Source: an uncultured Flavobacteriales bacterium (GTDB taxonomy: Bacteria > Bacteroidota > Bacteroidia > Flavobacteriales_D > Sanyastnellaceae). Taken from it: a stretch of DNA of 64,000 bases. The notes under the pieces are model-generated. The model saw only the letters and a program-made list of their open reading frames with translations, had not been told where the DNA came from and searched no databases. The translations under genes were made by a program, and so were the position numbers. This document shows, one piece after another, positions 6,375 through 15,248 of the stretch. How positions within the stretch are numbered: the first letter of the stretch is position 1; the number at the start of each line of letters is the position of its first letter. The stretch covers positions 5,737-69,736 of the forward strand of contig CBFIFE010000008.1 of assembly GCA_965661765.1 (NCBI GenBank). Direction: 5' to 3'.

Positions 6375-9017
6375 ATGAATTTTCCTCAATCCCGTATTGT
6401 TCTGTTGCTCGTGGCGCTTTTGCCATTGGGAGCAATTACAGCACAGCAGCAAGTCGCTGTGGTGTCGGACGAATCTGGAAACAAAGTATTTCTTCGCATC
6501 GATCCGCTGTTGTTGCGTGGTGATTTGGACACGTTGTATGCGTCATTCGGTGATCTGCAAGACCAAATTGACAATTTGTCCTGGGCTGATGTCCTGGAAA
6601 ATGGCACTTCCCCTGGGATCGATGTCAATTTCTTCGGGTTTGACGCGACAGGCTTGGGCCAGGTGACCACAACGGGTACATTGACGGGTGACAGTTTGGT
6701 GCTCAACAAAGACGCCGCGATTACAGGGCGATTGAATGTCTCTGGTGTGACAACTTTGAATGATTCCCTGATGGTGCAAGGAACAGTCGTGTTGAACGAC
6801 TCGCTGCGTGTGGTGAAGGCAACCTCCTTAGGGTCTCGCTTGCATGTGACTGGGGTGACCGCGCTTGGCGATTCGCTTCACGTTGTGGGCAATGTGGATT
6901 TGGATGCACTCTTTCACGTTGATGGAGCGGCCACTTTCGGGAGCACCGTGACGGTGACGGGTGAAACCACGCTCATGGACACGTTGCAAGCGCAAAGCGC
7001 GGCATTGCTCGATGATTCTCTTCGGGTCGGGGGCAACACGCACCTTCAACAAGACTTGCAGGTGGATGGGAGCACCAATATTGGCGGTTCGCTGAGCGTC
7101 ACTGGGCCGACGTCGCTGAGCGGGACGCTCAACGTCACAGGGGTCACTTCACTCGGCGATTCACTGCAAGTCACAGGGGCATCTGATTTTGCAGGCAACC
7201 TCAATGTCGACGGCAACACCACGTTGAATGCTGTTCGGATGGATGGCGACCTGGAGCTCAACGGCAACGCCAACATCTCGGATTCGCTCGTTGTGGTTGG
7301 CGCTGCGGACTTCAGTTCTACCGTGGACGTTGCCGGCGCCACCACGCTCAACGCTTCATTGGACGTCAATGGCGTCACTTCGTTGAATGACTCGTTGCAT
7401 GTGAGCGGAGGTGTGGATATCGACAGCAACCTCAATGTCGACGGCCACACGACATTGAACACCTCGACCCTCAACGGTGCAACCACAGTCGCCGGTATGA
7501 GCACATTCAGCGACGAGGTCAACTTCAACGACACGATTCACGCAAATGCACCAGCGATGTTCAGTGATTCCGTCATGATGACAGGTGGAGCAAGTGTGGG
7601 AGGCACCCTTTCCGTTTCTGAGTTGATCATCGACGGCGTCACCATTCCCGCGCTCGACAACACCGATGCGTTGCCTGAAGGAGACAGCAACCTCTACTTT
7701 ACGGCGGATCGGGAAGCTGCATTGCAGGACCAAATCGATGCGGCGGCGGAGCGAGAAGCCGCAATGCAGAACCAAATTGACGCCGCGGATTCAGTCAATC
7801 AAGTCTTGACGACGACGCTGAGCAACTTGCTCAATCAGTTGTTCGATCCAGCAACCGTGACGACAGGCAGCGCAACGAGTGTGTCAGCATTTACTGCGAA
7901 TTTGAACGCGACTTATGATGACGGCGGCGCGGAAGTCGATGATGCGGGGTTCATGCTGTCCTCGAACAGCGATTTGTCCGATTCGACAGAATATTCGACC
8001 ACCATTTCCGGTTCACTGGCAGAGGCCGTCGCGAGTTTGTCGAAGGGCACCACGTATTACTACCGTGGTTATGTTGAGACCCTCATGGGGCGCGCTGTGG
8101 GTGACACTCAGAGCTTCACCACCATCGGTGACGCCGTGGTGGGCTCATCTTCCTCAAGCAATGTAACGAAGACGGATGCCACGCTCAGCTCGAGCATCAC
8201 CTCTGCTGGTGGTGGAACGGTTTCGCAGGCAGGCTTCCAATATGGCACTACGACGAGTTGGTCATCCGCTTCCACGGTCACTTCGAGTTCCACTTCGGGG
8301 AGCTTTTCGAAGAGCATCACTGGCTTGGCTGAGGGCACCACTTATTACTTCAGGCCCTTCGTCACAAATGAGGCGGGGACCGCTTACGGGTCCTCCCAGA
8401 GCTTCACCACAGATTCTGGGCCTTGCACTGTGGAATCGGTTGCCTATGAAGGTTTCACCTACAACACAGTAGAAATTGGGGACCAGTGCTGGTTCCAAGA
8501 GCGTCTTCAAAATACGAATTTCAGAAATGGCGACCCCATCGCACAGGGTCCTGGTGATTATTCCAATCCGGGGCCTGTTTACTATGTTTTCAATGATGAA
8601 ACACATGGGGACATTCATTACTATAACTTCTTTGCAATTGATGATGCTCGTGGCCTTTGTCCATCGGGATGGCATGTGCCGAGTCTTTCGGAATTCGAGA
8701 CCATGGGCAGCCTTTATTCCACCGAGGCTGATTGGTCCGATGCCGCATTTTTGGCTCCAATCGGCAGCAATAGTTCTGGCTTTTCACTTCTGCCAAACCA
8801 GGGTTGGGTGAGGGACGGAAAAGGGTTTGCCTCTACTGAAGTTGAGAATACAATTGCTACATACATTGCAACTACTTCACAACCGACATCTGTACCCTTT
8901 GGTTCACCTGAGGATTTTTTTGTGTCTATGAATTTCAGGGATGGCGCAATGGATACTTGGAACACCACCAGTATTGACGATAAAGGGGTTGGGGTGCGTT
9001 GCTTGATGGACGACTGA
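6375..9017 (+). CDS. Secreted modular surface protein: beta-helix-like repeat region, tail-fibre-like motif with coiled coil, two Fn3-like modules, C-terminal FISUMP domain
   Basis: Signal MNFPQSRIVLLLVALLPLGAITAQ (ATG 6375). About 20 imperfect repeats of the type ..GVTSLNDSLxVxG... LPEGDSNLYFTADREAALQDQID motif. TTYYYRGYVE and TTYYFRPFVTNEAGTAYG modules. C-terminal YEGFTYNTVEIGDQCWFQERL resembles the Fibrobacter succinogenes major paralogous domain. Confidence 0.8.
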   Translation: MNFPQSRIVLLLVALLPLGAITAQQQVAVVSDESGNKVFLRIDPLLLRGDLDTLYASFGDLQDQIDNLSWADVLENGTSPGIDVNFFGFDATGLGQVTTTGTLTGDSLVLNKDAAITGRLNVSGVTTLNDSLMVQGTVVLNDSLRVVKATSLGSRLHVTGVTALGDSLHVVGNVDLDALFHVDGAATFGSTVTVTGETTLMDTLQAQSAALLDDSLRVGGNTHLQQDLQVDGSTNIGGSLSVTGPTSLSGTLNVTGVTSLGDSLQVTGASDFAGNLNVDGNTTLNAVRMDGDLELNGNANISDSLVVVGAADFSSTVDVAGATTLNASLDVNGVTSLNDSLHVSGGVDIDSNLNVDGHTTLNTSTLNGATTVAGMSTFSDEVNFNDTIHANAPAMFSDSVMMTGGASVGGTLSVSELIIDGVTIPALDNTDALPEGDSNLYFTADREAALQDQIDAAAEREAAMQNQIDAADSVNQVLTTTLSNLLNQLFDPATVTTGSATSVSAFTANLNATYDDGGAEVDDAGFMLSSNSDLSDSTEYSTTISGSLAEAVASLSKGTTYYYRGYVETLMGRAVGDTQSFTTIGDAVVGSSSSSNVTKTDATLSSSITSAGGGTVSQAGFQYGTTTSWSSASTVTSSSTSGSFSKSITGLAEGTTYYFRPFVTNEAGTAYGSSQSFTTDSGPCTVESVAYEGFTYNTVEIGDQCWFQERLQNTNFRNGDPIAQGPGDYSNPGPVYYVFNDETHGDIHYYNFFAIDDARGLCPSGWHVPSLSEFETMGSLYSTEADWSDAAFLAPIGSNSSGFSLLPNQGWVRDGKGFASTEVENTIATYIATTSQPTSVPFGSPEDFFVSMNFRDGAMDTWNTTSIDDKGVGVRCLMDD

Positions 9018-9030
9018 CCCAAATGAACAT

Positions 9031-9072
9031 GCCCGAGGTGCGGAGGAATTCTTATTCCTCTTGACCTCGGGC
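9031..9072. terminator. Two-tier hairpin between convergent genes (possible bidirectional terminator)
   Basis: GCCCGAGGT(9031-9039) pairs with ACCTCGGGC(9064-9072). An inner stem GAGGAAT/ATTCCTC closes a TCTT loop. There is no clear U-tract on either side. Confidence 0.45.
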
Positions 9073-9084
9073 AAATTCATCAAG

Positions 9085-11928
9085 TTACTCAGTGCGCCGC
9101 ATGATTTCGAGGGTGCCCGTGCAGTAATCGCGAAGCTCCGGCGTCGTGCCGCAATCCAGGTCGATTGTCTCCAGCGTGTAATAGTACATGCCATCGGCCA
9201 GCGGATCGCCGTTTTCGTCCTCGCCGGCGAAAGGCTCCTTGTCGTGCCGTTGGACATACACGCGCTTGCCCCAACGATTGAAAATCGACAGTTCGTAGCG
9301 CAGGCATTCGTTCGCCACGCCGTTGAACTGCAGGATTTCGTTGTCGCCGTCACGGTTGGGCGTGATGACATTGGGGATGTAGAAATTGGCCAAATCAAAC
9401 TCGCTCTCCAATTCCTCCACCTGCGTCACCCCGTACGTACACCCAAACTCGTCGGTGAGCTCGAGCTCAATCGAATACGTGCCCGTCGTCATGAAGGGAT
9501 AATCCGCGATCGCGGCCACCTCCACCAGGTCCCCATCGAACGACCACGCATAAGTCAACAACCCCTCATCGCTCAGCGCGTTCGGCGTCAGCACCACCCG
9601 GTTGCACTTGATCTCGGGCGTGAAGGCCAGGTCGTCAAACGGCTCGGGGATGATGTACGCTGAAGTGGTCGAGCCGCCGCATCCAAATTGGTCAAAGTAC
9701 GTGTACGTGACTTCGTAATTGCCAGGGCTCGCAGCGGTGTGGTTCAACTGCCCACCGTCCACAAAGGGTCCGCTGAGTGTACCACCCGGAGGCACAGGGT
9801 CAATTGGGATGGTGGTCAGCTCGGGGCAGTAACTCGGAGCGATGTTGGGGCTGACGAAGGGGATGTCCTGCACGGCGAGGTTGACCGTGTAGTTGCTGTC
9901 GCAGCCGAGGGTTGTCACGTTTTCGAAGAAGTACGTGCCGGCGTTGGACACGCTTGAGCCGTCGGGCAGGGTGTAACTGTCCCCGTTGCAAATGGTCTCA
10001 TTGAGCACCAGTTCATAGGCCGGTTGCAAAGTCAAGTTCAAAATGATGCTGCTGTCGCATCCCCAAACCGACTGCAAATTGAACGCAAACACCCCCGATT
10101 CCTCGGCGAGGTCCCCATCAGGCAAGACGTAGGGTTCGTTCGAACAAAGCGTCGCTTCGATGAGCTCATCCTCATATGCGGGATGCACGGTGATGTCATA
10201 CTGCGCGGTGCTGTCGCAACCCGTTACCGCAGAGGTGTACACGATTTCGTAAATGCCGGTGGTGTCGGCTTGGCCACCACCGGGAATGTTGACGTATTGC
10301 CCCTCGCAGATGTCGTAGGCATACTCGGTGTAAATCGTCGGAACGACCTCCGCAACGGTGGTGATTGTGCTGTCGCAGCCGGCAATGGCAGAAGGCAACA
10401 CCGTCACATATGTTCCGGATTCGGTCACCAAGGTCGTGTCGTCTGGCAAGTAGAACGGATCGTCCTGGCAAATGGTGATTTCTTGGCTCAGCTGGTACAA
10501 AGGTGTCTCAATGAGGTCGGTCAGGATGATGCTGTCGCAACCGGCGACGCTGACGAGAGAGCTGGTGTAGTCGCCTGGGGTCTCCGCAATCACGCCGTCT
10601 GGCAAGACGTAGGTGCTGCCCTCGCAGAAATAGATTTCTTGAGCCACGGTGATGGCGTATCCCACAGTGACGGTGGTGTCTGTGCTGCAACCGGTTGTGG
10701 TGCCTGTGATGGTGTAGGTGGTGGTTTCTTCTGGGGTGGCGATGACGGTGCTGCCAAAAGTTGTATTCAAGCCGGTGGCCGGGGTCCACTGGTAAGCATT
10801 TGCTCCCGTGACCGTGATGACGGCTTGCTCGTCGTTGCAGGTGGTGGGGTAGGGGGGATCGATGGTCAAGACGGGATAAGGCACGACCACCACGGTGACG
10901 TCCACGGTGTCCTCGCATTCTGGGGTAGTCACGTAAATCGAATATGTGGTGGTGGAATCGGGCGACGCGACAACTTCGTTGCTGTTCGGGTCGCTGATGC
11001 CATCGGCTGGCAACCATTCATAGGTGTCTGCACCTTCCAAGGCGATGTTCACTTCGCCGCCTTCGCAAAAGAAGGGGTTTGCCGGTGAGATGCTCAATCC
11101 GATGCCGCCGATGGGGGTGATGGTGACCGATCCATCGCCGGAGACGTTGCCCGCCACGCAGCTTCCTCCCGGCGGGGTGAGGCTTGAACCACCGCCGCCG
11201 CCGCCGCCACCCACGGAACTGGTGAACGTCACACAGTCCGATCCACCGCCGCCGCCGCCGAACCGACCGCCACCTCCACCGCCTCCGGGTGCATTGCTGC
11301 CGCAGGGATCAGAACCGCCGTCGCCTCCAGCACCGATCACCCCGTTCGCACCCGAGTTGCCGCCGGCGGCCCAGGCTGCCCCGCCGAAGCCGCCCATGAA
11401 GGCAGTGCCCGGCCCGCCGCCATCTCCAAATGTATTCTCGCCGGCCACGCCGGAGCTGCATCCGCCGTTGCCCCCATCGCCATCGGACGTTCCGCCGCCC
11501 ATGCCCCCACCGCCGGCAGCAATCGCCAGCCGGTCGCCCAATCCATAGGGGGCTTGGCGAATGTCGGACCCCCCGCCGCCCCCGCAGGAACGCGAAGCAA
11601 AAGGCGAGGCATTCGCGCCATCCCCACCGCCATTCCATCCCCCGGCAAAACATTCGCCTTCGCCACCGACACGCACCTCCAACACGTCACCCGACATCAC
11701 ATCGAGGGTGGCGGTGACTGTGGCACCGTTGCCGCCATTCGCTCCGCCACCGGCCCCGCCTTTGAGGGTGACCTGGATTTGGCTCACACAAGGCGGAACG
11801 GTATAGGTTTGAACAGCTCCTGTGTAGTTGAATGTCACCGCTTCCTGAGCGAAAGCCCCAGAAGAAATGCCGAAGAATAACAAGGTCAAAACCTTGAAGG
11901 TGAGGACGAAACGGAGGTTCTTGTTCAT
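9085..11928 (-). CDS. T9SS type B cargo: glycine-rich domain protein with Cys-containing repeat modules and a gliding-motility-type C-terminal domain
   Basis: ATG at 11928 (MNKNLRFVLTFKVLTLLFFGISSGAFAQ). Gly-rich domain (FNYTGAVQTYTVP..VTLKGGAGGGANGGNGATV..LEVRVGGEG). At least 5 repeats of C.G..Y.LPDG...G.Y......GCDS. C-terminus FYIPNVITPNRDGDNE..SIFNRWGKRVY..GMYYYTLE. Confidence 0.85.
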   Translation of the reverse strand: MNKNLRFVLTFKVLTLLFFGISSGAFAQEAVTFNYTGAVQTYTVPPCVSQIQVTLKGGAGGGANGGNGATVTATLDVMSGDVLEVRVGGEGECFAGGWNGGGDGANASPFASRSCGGGGGSDIRQAPYGLGDRLAIAAGGGGMGGGTSDGDGGNGGCSSGVAGENTFGDGGGPGTAFMGGFGGAAWAAGGNSGANGVIGAGGDGGSDPCGSNAPGGGGGGGRFGGGGGGSDCVTFTSSVGGGGGGGGSSLTPPGGSCVAGNVSGDGSVTITPIGGIGLSISPANPFFCEGGEVNIALEGADTYEWLPADGISDPNSNEVVASPDSTTTYSIYVTTPECEDTVDVTVVVVPYPVLTIDPPYPTTCNDEQAVITVTGANAYQWTPATGLNTTFGSTVIATPEETTTYTITGTTTGCSTDTTVTVGYAITVAQEIYFCEGSTYVLPDGVIAETPGDYTSSLVSVAGCDSIILTDLIETPLYQLSQEITICQDDPFYLPDDTTLVTESGTYVTVLPSAIAGCDSTITTVAEVVPTIYTEYAYDICEGQYVNIPGGGQADTTGIYEIVYTSAVTGCDSTAQYDITVHPAYEDELIEATLCSNEPYVLPDGDLAEESGVFAFNLQSVWGCDSSIILNLTLQPAYELVLNETICNGDSYTLPDGSSVSNAGTYFFENVTTLGCDSNYTVNLAVQDIPFVSPNIAPSYCPELTTIPIDPVPPGGTLSGPFVDGGQLNHTAASPGNYEVTYTYFDQFGCGGSTTSAYIIPEPFDDLAFTPEIKCNRVVLTPNALSDEGLLTYAWSFDGDLVEVAAIADYPFMTTGTYSIELELTDEFGCTYGVTQVEELESEFDLANFYIPNVITPNRDGDNEILQFNGVANECLRYELSIFNRWGKRVYVQRHDKEPFAGEDENGDPLADGMYYYTLETIDLDCGTTPELRDYCTGTLEIMRRTE

Positions 11929-12009
11929 GGTCTCGGCCAAATTAGGGACATTTTCACAACGATTCACACGCAAAAAGGTTGCAAATTGCCCCTCCAGTCG
12001 AATTTGAGG

Positions 12010-12489
12010 ATGATGAATACAGCAGGCATCAGGGAGTGGGACCTGGATGAGGTCAATGAGGAAGACCAAACCTTGCTCCGCGCAGCCTTCTCCGCTGCCG
12101 AGCAAGCCTATGCGCCGCACTCCGGCTTTCACGTGGGCGCCGCCGCTCGGCTCGCCAACGGCGAGATCGTCATCGGCAGCAACCAGGAAAACGTGGCCTT
12201 CCCGTCCGGCCTTTGCGCCGAGCGGGTCGCGGCCTTCGCCGCAGGCGCCCAATTCCCGGGCGTCACCATCGAGGCCATGGCGATTGTCACCACGAATGGC
12301 GAAAAGGTCGAGTCTGGCTTCAGCCCCTGCGGCGGATGTCGGCAGGTCCTCGTCGAAAGCGAGCACCGCCAGCAATTCTCGCTCCGCCTGCTCCTCCAAG
12401 GAGGGAGGGAGGCCAAGGTGGTCGAAGTGGATGATTGCAATGTATTGCTGCCCATGGCCTTCCATGCCAAGGGATTGGGGCGCGGCTAA
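12010..12489 (+). CDS. cdd: Cytidine deaminase
   Basis: APHSGFHVGAAARLANGEIVIGSNQEN, the zinc-ligand motifs CAERVA and SPCGGCRQVL. ATG at 12010 preferred over TTG at 11986. Confidence 0.9.
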   Translation: MMNTAGIREWDLDEVNEEDQTLLRAAFSAAEQAYAPHSGFHVGAAARLANGEIVIGSNQENVAFPSGLCAERVAAFAAGAQFPGVTIEAMAIVTTNGEKVESGFSPCGGCRQVLVESEHRQQFSLRLLLQGGREAKVVEVDDCNVLLPMAFHAKGLGRG

Positions 12490-12576
12490 CGCCGCTTCGA
12501 GGAGGCGCGGCTCTCGCCTCGCTTGAGGGCGCGGCTGGAGCCTACCATCCACTGACCATCGTCCATCGTCTACCGA

Positions 12577-13452
12577 CTAATCAAAGGAGAAGGTCCAACT
12601 GATCCAAGGCAGCGGGACCGTGAATTCCCCATCCGTCACCATCACCATGGCATAGTCGAACAGTGAGTCCTTGGATTTGGAAGCCCGCCGGATGCCGATG
12701 CTCGCCAAGATGCCCTCGCCGAGGACGTAGTTTTCGGACATTAGCCAGGTTTGGTCATTCATCGGCACCATGAAGGACGCATTCCAAACCAACTGGTTCG
12801 ATGACTCCGAAAACGCATTGCCTACGCTCACTGTGAAATTCGAGACCTCCCGGCCGAAAGTGACGTTTGCGAAGGCGATGCCCACTGGGCCCTCTAGGAA
12901 ATTTGTCGACCAGTCGAAGAGGACAATGCCGCCAGCCGAAGCGTGAACACCTCCATTTTCGAGATCCCCGGACAGGGTCCCGCCCAGTTTGCCCGTCAGG
13001 CCTGCGCCGATGAATGGGATCAGCGGGACGCCGATGGTCAAGTTGTCGGTGACGCCGTAGGAAACTTGGGAGTAGAGCAGGTAGCCGTTTTGGTAATAGC
13101 CCTCGCCCTGGCGCAGTTGGATGCCGCTCGGGGCGAAGTAATAGCGGCTGGATTGCGGGTTCGCGCGCGGCTCGCGGTAGGGGGTGAGCCGGTCGATCGT
13201 CGTTCGGCGCAAGATGTCGATTTTCTGCACTTGAAGGATACCGAGGCCTTCGGTTTGCACGCGCAGGTAAGCTTCGTTTTCTTCGAGGATTTCGCCTTCG
13301 AGCGTCCGGCCGTTGGCCAAATCCAACCTCACCAACTCCCCCGACACCACCGCCGTTCCCAAGGAATCCGTTTGCCCCACGGCGGGGTTGAGTCCTGCGA
13401 GGCTGACAGCCAAGAAAACCAGGACGAAAAGCGCGGTAGCATTGATTTTCAT
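12577..13452 (-). CDS. Hypothetical secreted protein
   Basis: Signal peptide MKINATALFVLVFLAVSLAGLNPAVGQ. No family recognised. Coding-like composition and no competing ORF. Confidence 0.6.
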   Translation of the reverse strand: MKINATALFVLVFLAVSLAGLNPAVGQTDSLGTAVVSGELVRLDLANGRTLEGEILEENEAYLRVQTEGLGILQVQKIDILRRTTIDRLTPYREPRANPQSSRYYFAPSGIQLRQGEGYYQNGYLLYSQVSYGVTDNLTIGVPLIPFIGAGLTGKLGGTLSGDLENGGVHASAGGIVLFDWSTNFLEGPVGIAFANVTFGREVSNFTVSVGNAFSESSNQLVWNASFMVPMNDQTWLMSENYVLGEGILASIGIRRASKSKDSLFDYAMVMVTDGEFTVPLPWISWTFSFD

Positions 13453-13518
13453 GGCATTGGGGTTGGGACGAAGCTACTCGATAACTGGGCGTGTTTTTCT
13501 GACAGGGGTCAGTTTTTC

Positions 13519-14214
13519 TCACGGGCGGAACGGGATTTTCCGCCATTTCTTGGCGGCCTTGTCGATGTCGAGTTTCAATCCGACGTTCACGATGGCCGTT
13601 CCCTCGTCGGACGGCGCCGCCCATGGGGCATCCCAAACCCACTTCACCTGAAGATCTGCCCATTTGTTGAGTTCGTGCTCGAGGCTGGCAAAGAGGCGAT
13701 ACTCGTCGAGGTGCCAAGGGGCTCCTGGCGTGTTCGGCAGGAACAACTCCCCACCCAGCTCGCCGTCCCAGTCTTTGCGGATGTCAAAGCTGCCGGAGAG
13801 TTTGAGGCGGGAGGTCCGGTCCGCGCTGCGGCCGTTCTCGCTGCTCAGGACGTCCGTGTGTTTGAATTGCTGGCGAAGGCGGACTTTGATTTTGACTTCG
13901 CCGATTTTGTCGTCGAAGGCGGCGTCGAACTGGTAGCGGTGGCCGAGGTGGTCGACCCCGTTCAGCGGACCTTCAGCGAAGTAGCGGTAGCCCAGGCTGA
14001 AGTCCCAATGTTTGTTGGCCTTCCATGAAAAGCTGGCTTCCGCGAAGGAGTTGTCGGTGAAGCCGTTTTCGCGGCGGTGCGCCAGTTCGACGGAGGCCTC
14101 GAAGGGACCGGGCAGCCCAAGGGAGCCGCCGAGGTCGAACCAGGTGGCTGGGGTTTGGCCGGAGGCCCAAAGCGGCATTGCCGCCATCAGGAACCACAAT
14201 CCGCGAAGCCTCAT
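13519..14214 (-). CDS. DUF2490-like putative outer-membrane protein
   Basis: Signal MRLRGLWFLMAAMPLWASGQ followed by alternating beta-strand-like pattern (SFSWKANKHWDFSLGYRYF). Last gene of the VTC cluster. The ATG at 14256 is an alternative start. Confidence 0.55.
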   Translation of the reverse strand: MRLRGLWFLMAAMPLWASGQTPATWFDLGGSLGLPGPFEASVELAHRRENGFTDNSFAEASFSWKANKHWDFSLGYRYFAEGPLNGVDHLGHRYQFDAAFDDKIGEVKIKVRLRQQFKHTDVLSSENGRSADRTSRLKLSGSFDIRKDWDGELGGELFLPNTPGAPWHLDEYRLFASLEHELNKWADLQVKWVWDAPWAAPSDEGTAIVNVGLKLDIDKAAKKWRKIPFRP

Positions 14215-14224
14215 CGCCTGCAGG

Positions 14225-14656
14225 TCAATTGTCCAGGACTGTGAGGGTGCCGACATCCACGGTGTCTCGCTTGCCCAGGATTTCCACAGTTTGCATCACA
14301 ATGGTGTCTCCTGCCGGAAACGCACCAGAGCTGTCCCGAGAGTATGCATAGACCGTGTAGCTTCCGGGCAGCAAGTGGCTGAACCGAAAGGAGCCATCGA
14401 AGTGGGTCGCCGTTTTGTCCCCGTAATGGTCGCCGTCGCCGTAAATGATGAACACATCGTGGTCTCCGGCAGGGCCTTGGTGAATGATTTGGCCAAAATT
14501 CGAAGTGTACTCCACTTCCCAGACCGATCCCTCCAACACGGCCCGACCGCCCTCACCGGGCCCCACGCGGCATCCCGCCAGCAACACCACCGCTGCCGCC
14601 GCGCCCCAAGCCCAGCAATTACTCGCCTTTGTGGTAATCCGAAAACGCTTGTTCAT
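14225..14656 (-). CDS. Carboxypeptidase-regulatory-like (Ig-fold) lipoprotein
   Basis: Lipobox AAAVVLLAGC. GSVWEVEY...GSFRFSHLLPGSYTVYAYSRD is typical of the CarboxypepD_reg fold. Confidence 0.55.
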   Translation of the reverse strand: MNKRFRITTKASNCWAWGAAAAVVLLAGCRVGPGEGGRAVLEGSVWEVEYTSNFGQIIHQGPAGDHDVFIIYGDGDHYGDKTATHFDGSFRFSHLLPGSYTVYAYSRDSSGAFPAGDTIVMQTVEILGKRDTVDVGTLTVLDN

Positions 14657-15248
14657 CGTCGTAGTAGTAAATGCGCACTTGCGCGGTGTCATTCAGGAAA
14701 TCGATGCGACCGATGTCAAATCGGTTGATTTTGAGTCCGGTGCGCGTCTCCAAATCGGCGTGCATTTCTTCCGATCGATCGGGCACAATGAGGTCAATGC
14801 GTTCGTAAATCAGCGTCTTCCGGGTTTCGTGTTTCAGAAGCCACAAGTATTCCAAACCATACGTCATGCCCACCACAGTTGCATTGATGAGCAAGGTTTC
14901 TGCGACACTGATTCGGTTGGCCGCCAAGGCATTGACCACCGAAATCCCGATGACAATGAACAGGTAGGTCATCTCCTTGATCTCGATGGCGTCTGTGCGG
15001 TAGCGAATGATGCCGAAAATCGCAAACAGGCCGAGCCCCATGCCCGTATCAATGTCAAGTTTCTTCAGACCGAAGCACAGGAAAAAGGTCACCAGCCCGA
15101 TCAGGTAATAGGTGAAGAGGTAGTCTTTCCGCTTGGTTTTCGGGTAGTACAGGAATCGGATGATCACGGTCATGAAGACCAAATTCGACACCAACCTCGC
15201 CATCAGTTTGTAAATGTCGGGGTCCATCCATGTGATTTCAAACGGCAT
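14619..15248 (-). CDS. DUF4956 family membrane protein
   Basis: 209-aa protein with several TM helices (FLYYPKTKRKDYLFTYYLIGLVTFFLCF..., GLGLFAIFGIIRYRT). Overlaps the VTC gene by 11 nt, the usual bacterial VTC partner arrangement. Confidence 0.7.
   Translation of the reverse strand: MPFEITWMDPDIYKLMARLVSNLVFMTVIIRFLYYPKTKRKDYLFTYYLIGLVTFFLCFGLKKLDIDTGMGLGLFAIFGIIRYRTDAIEIKEMTYLFIVIGISVVNALAANRISVAETLLINATVVGMTYGLEYLWLLKHETRKTLIYERIDLIVPDRSEEMHADLETRTGLKINRFDIGRIDFLNDTAQVRIYYYDDEQAFSDYHKGE

Noticed and set aside
11024-11880. Several + strand ORFs rich in poly-Pro (for example PPPPPPPTELV..PPPPPPNRPPPPPPPG)
   Set aside because: These are reverse-complement shadows of the (GGN)n glycine tracts of the minus-strand T9SS cargo gene.
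11929-12552. N-terminal 208-aa extension of ORF 9085..12552
   Set aside because: The extension is antisense to a clear cytidine deaminase gene and has no signal peptide. An internal ATG at 11928 gives a canonical signal peptide (MNKNLRFVLTFKVLTLLFFGISSGAFAQ).
13494-13517. Hairpin CTGAC-AGGG-GTCAG flanked by T5 runs, which looks like an intrinsic terminator
   Set aside because: The T-runs are on the + strand, but both flanking genes are on the minus strand, whose RNA would carry A-runs. The stem is only 5 bp.
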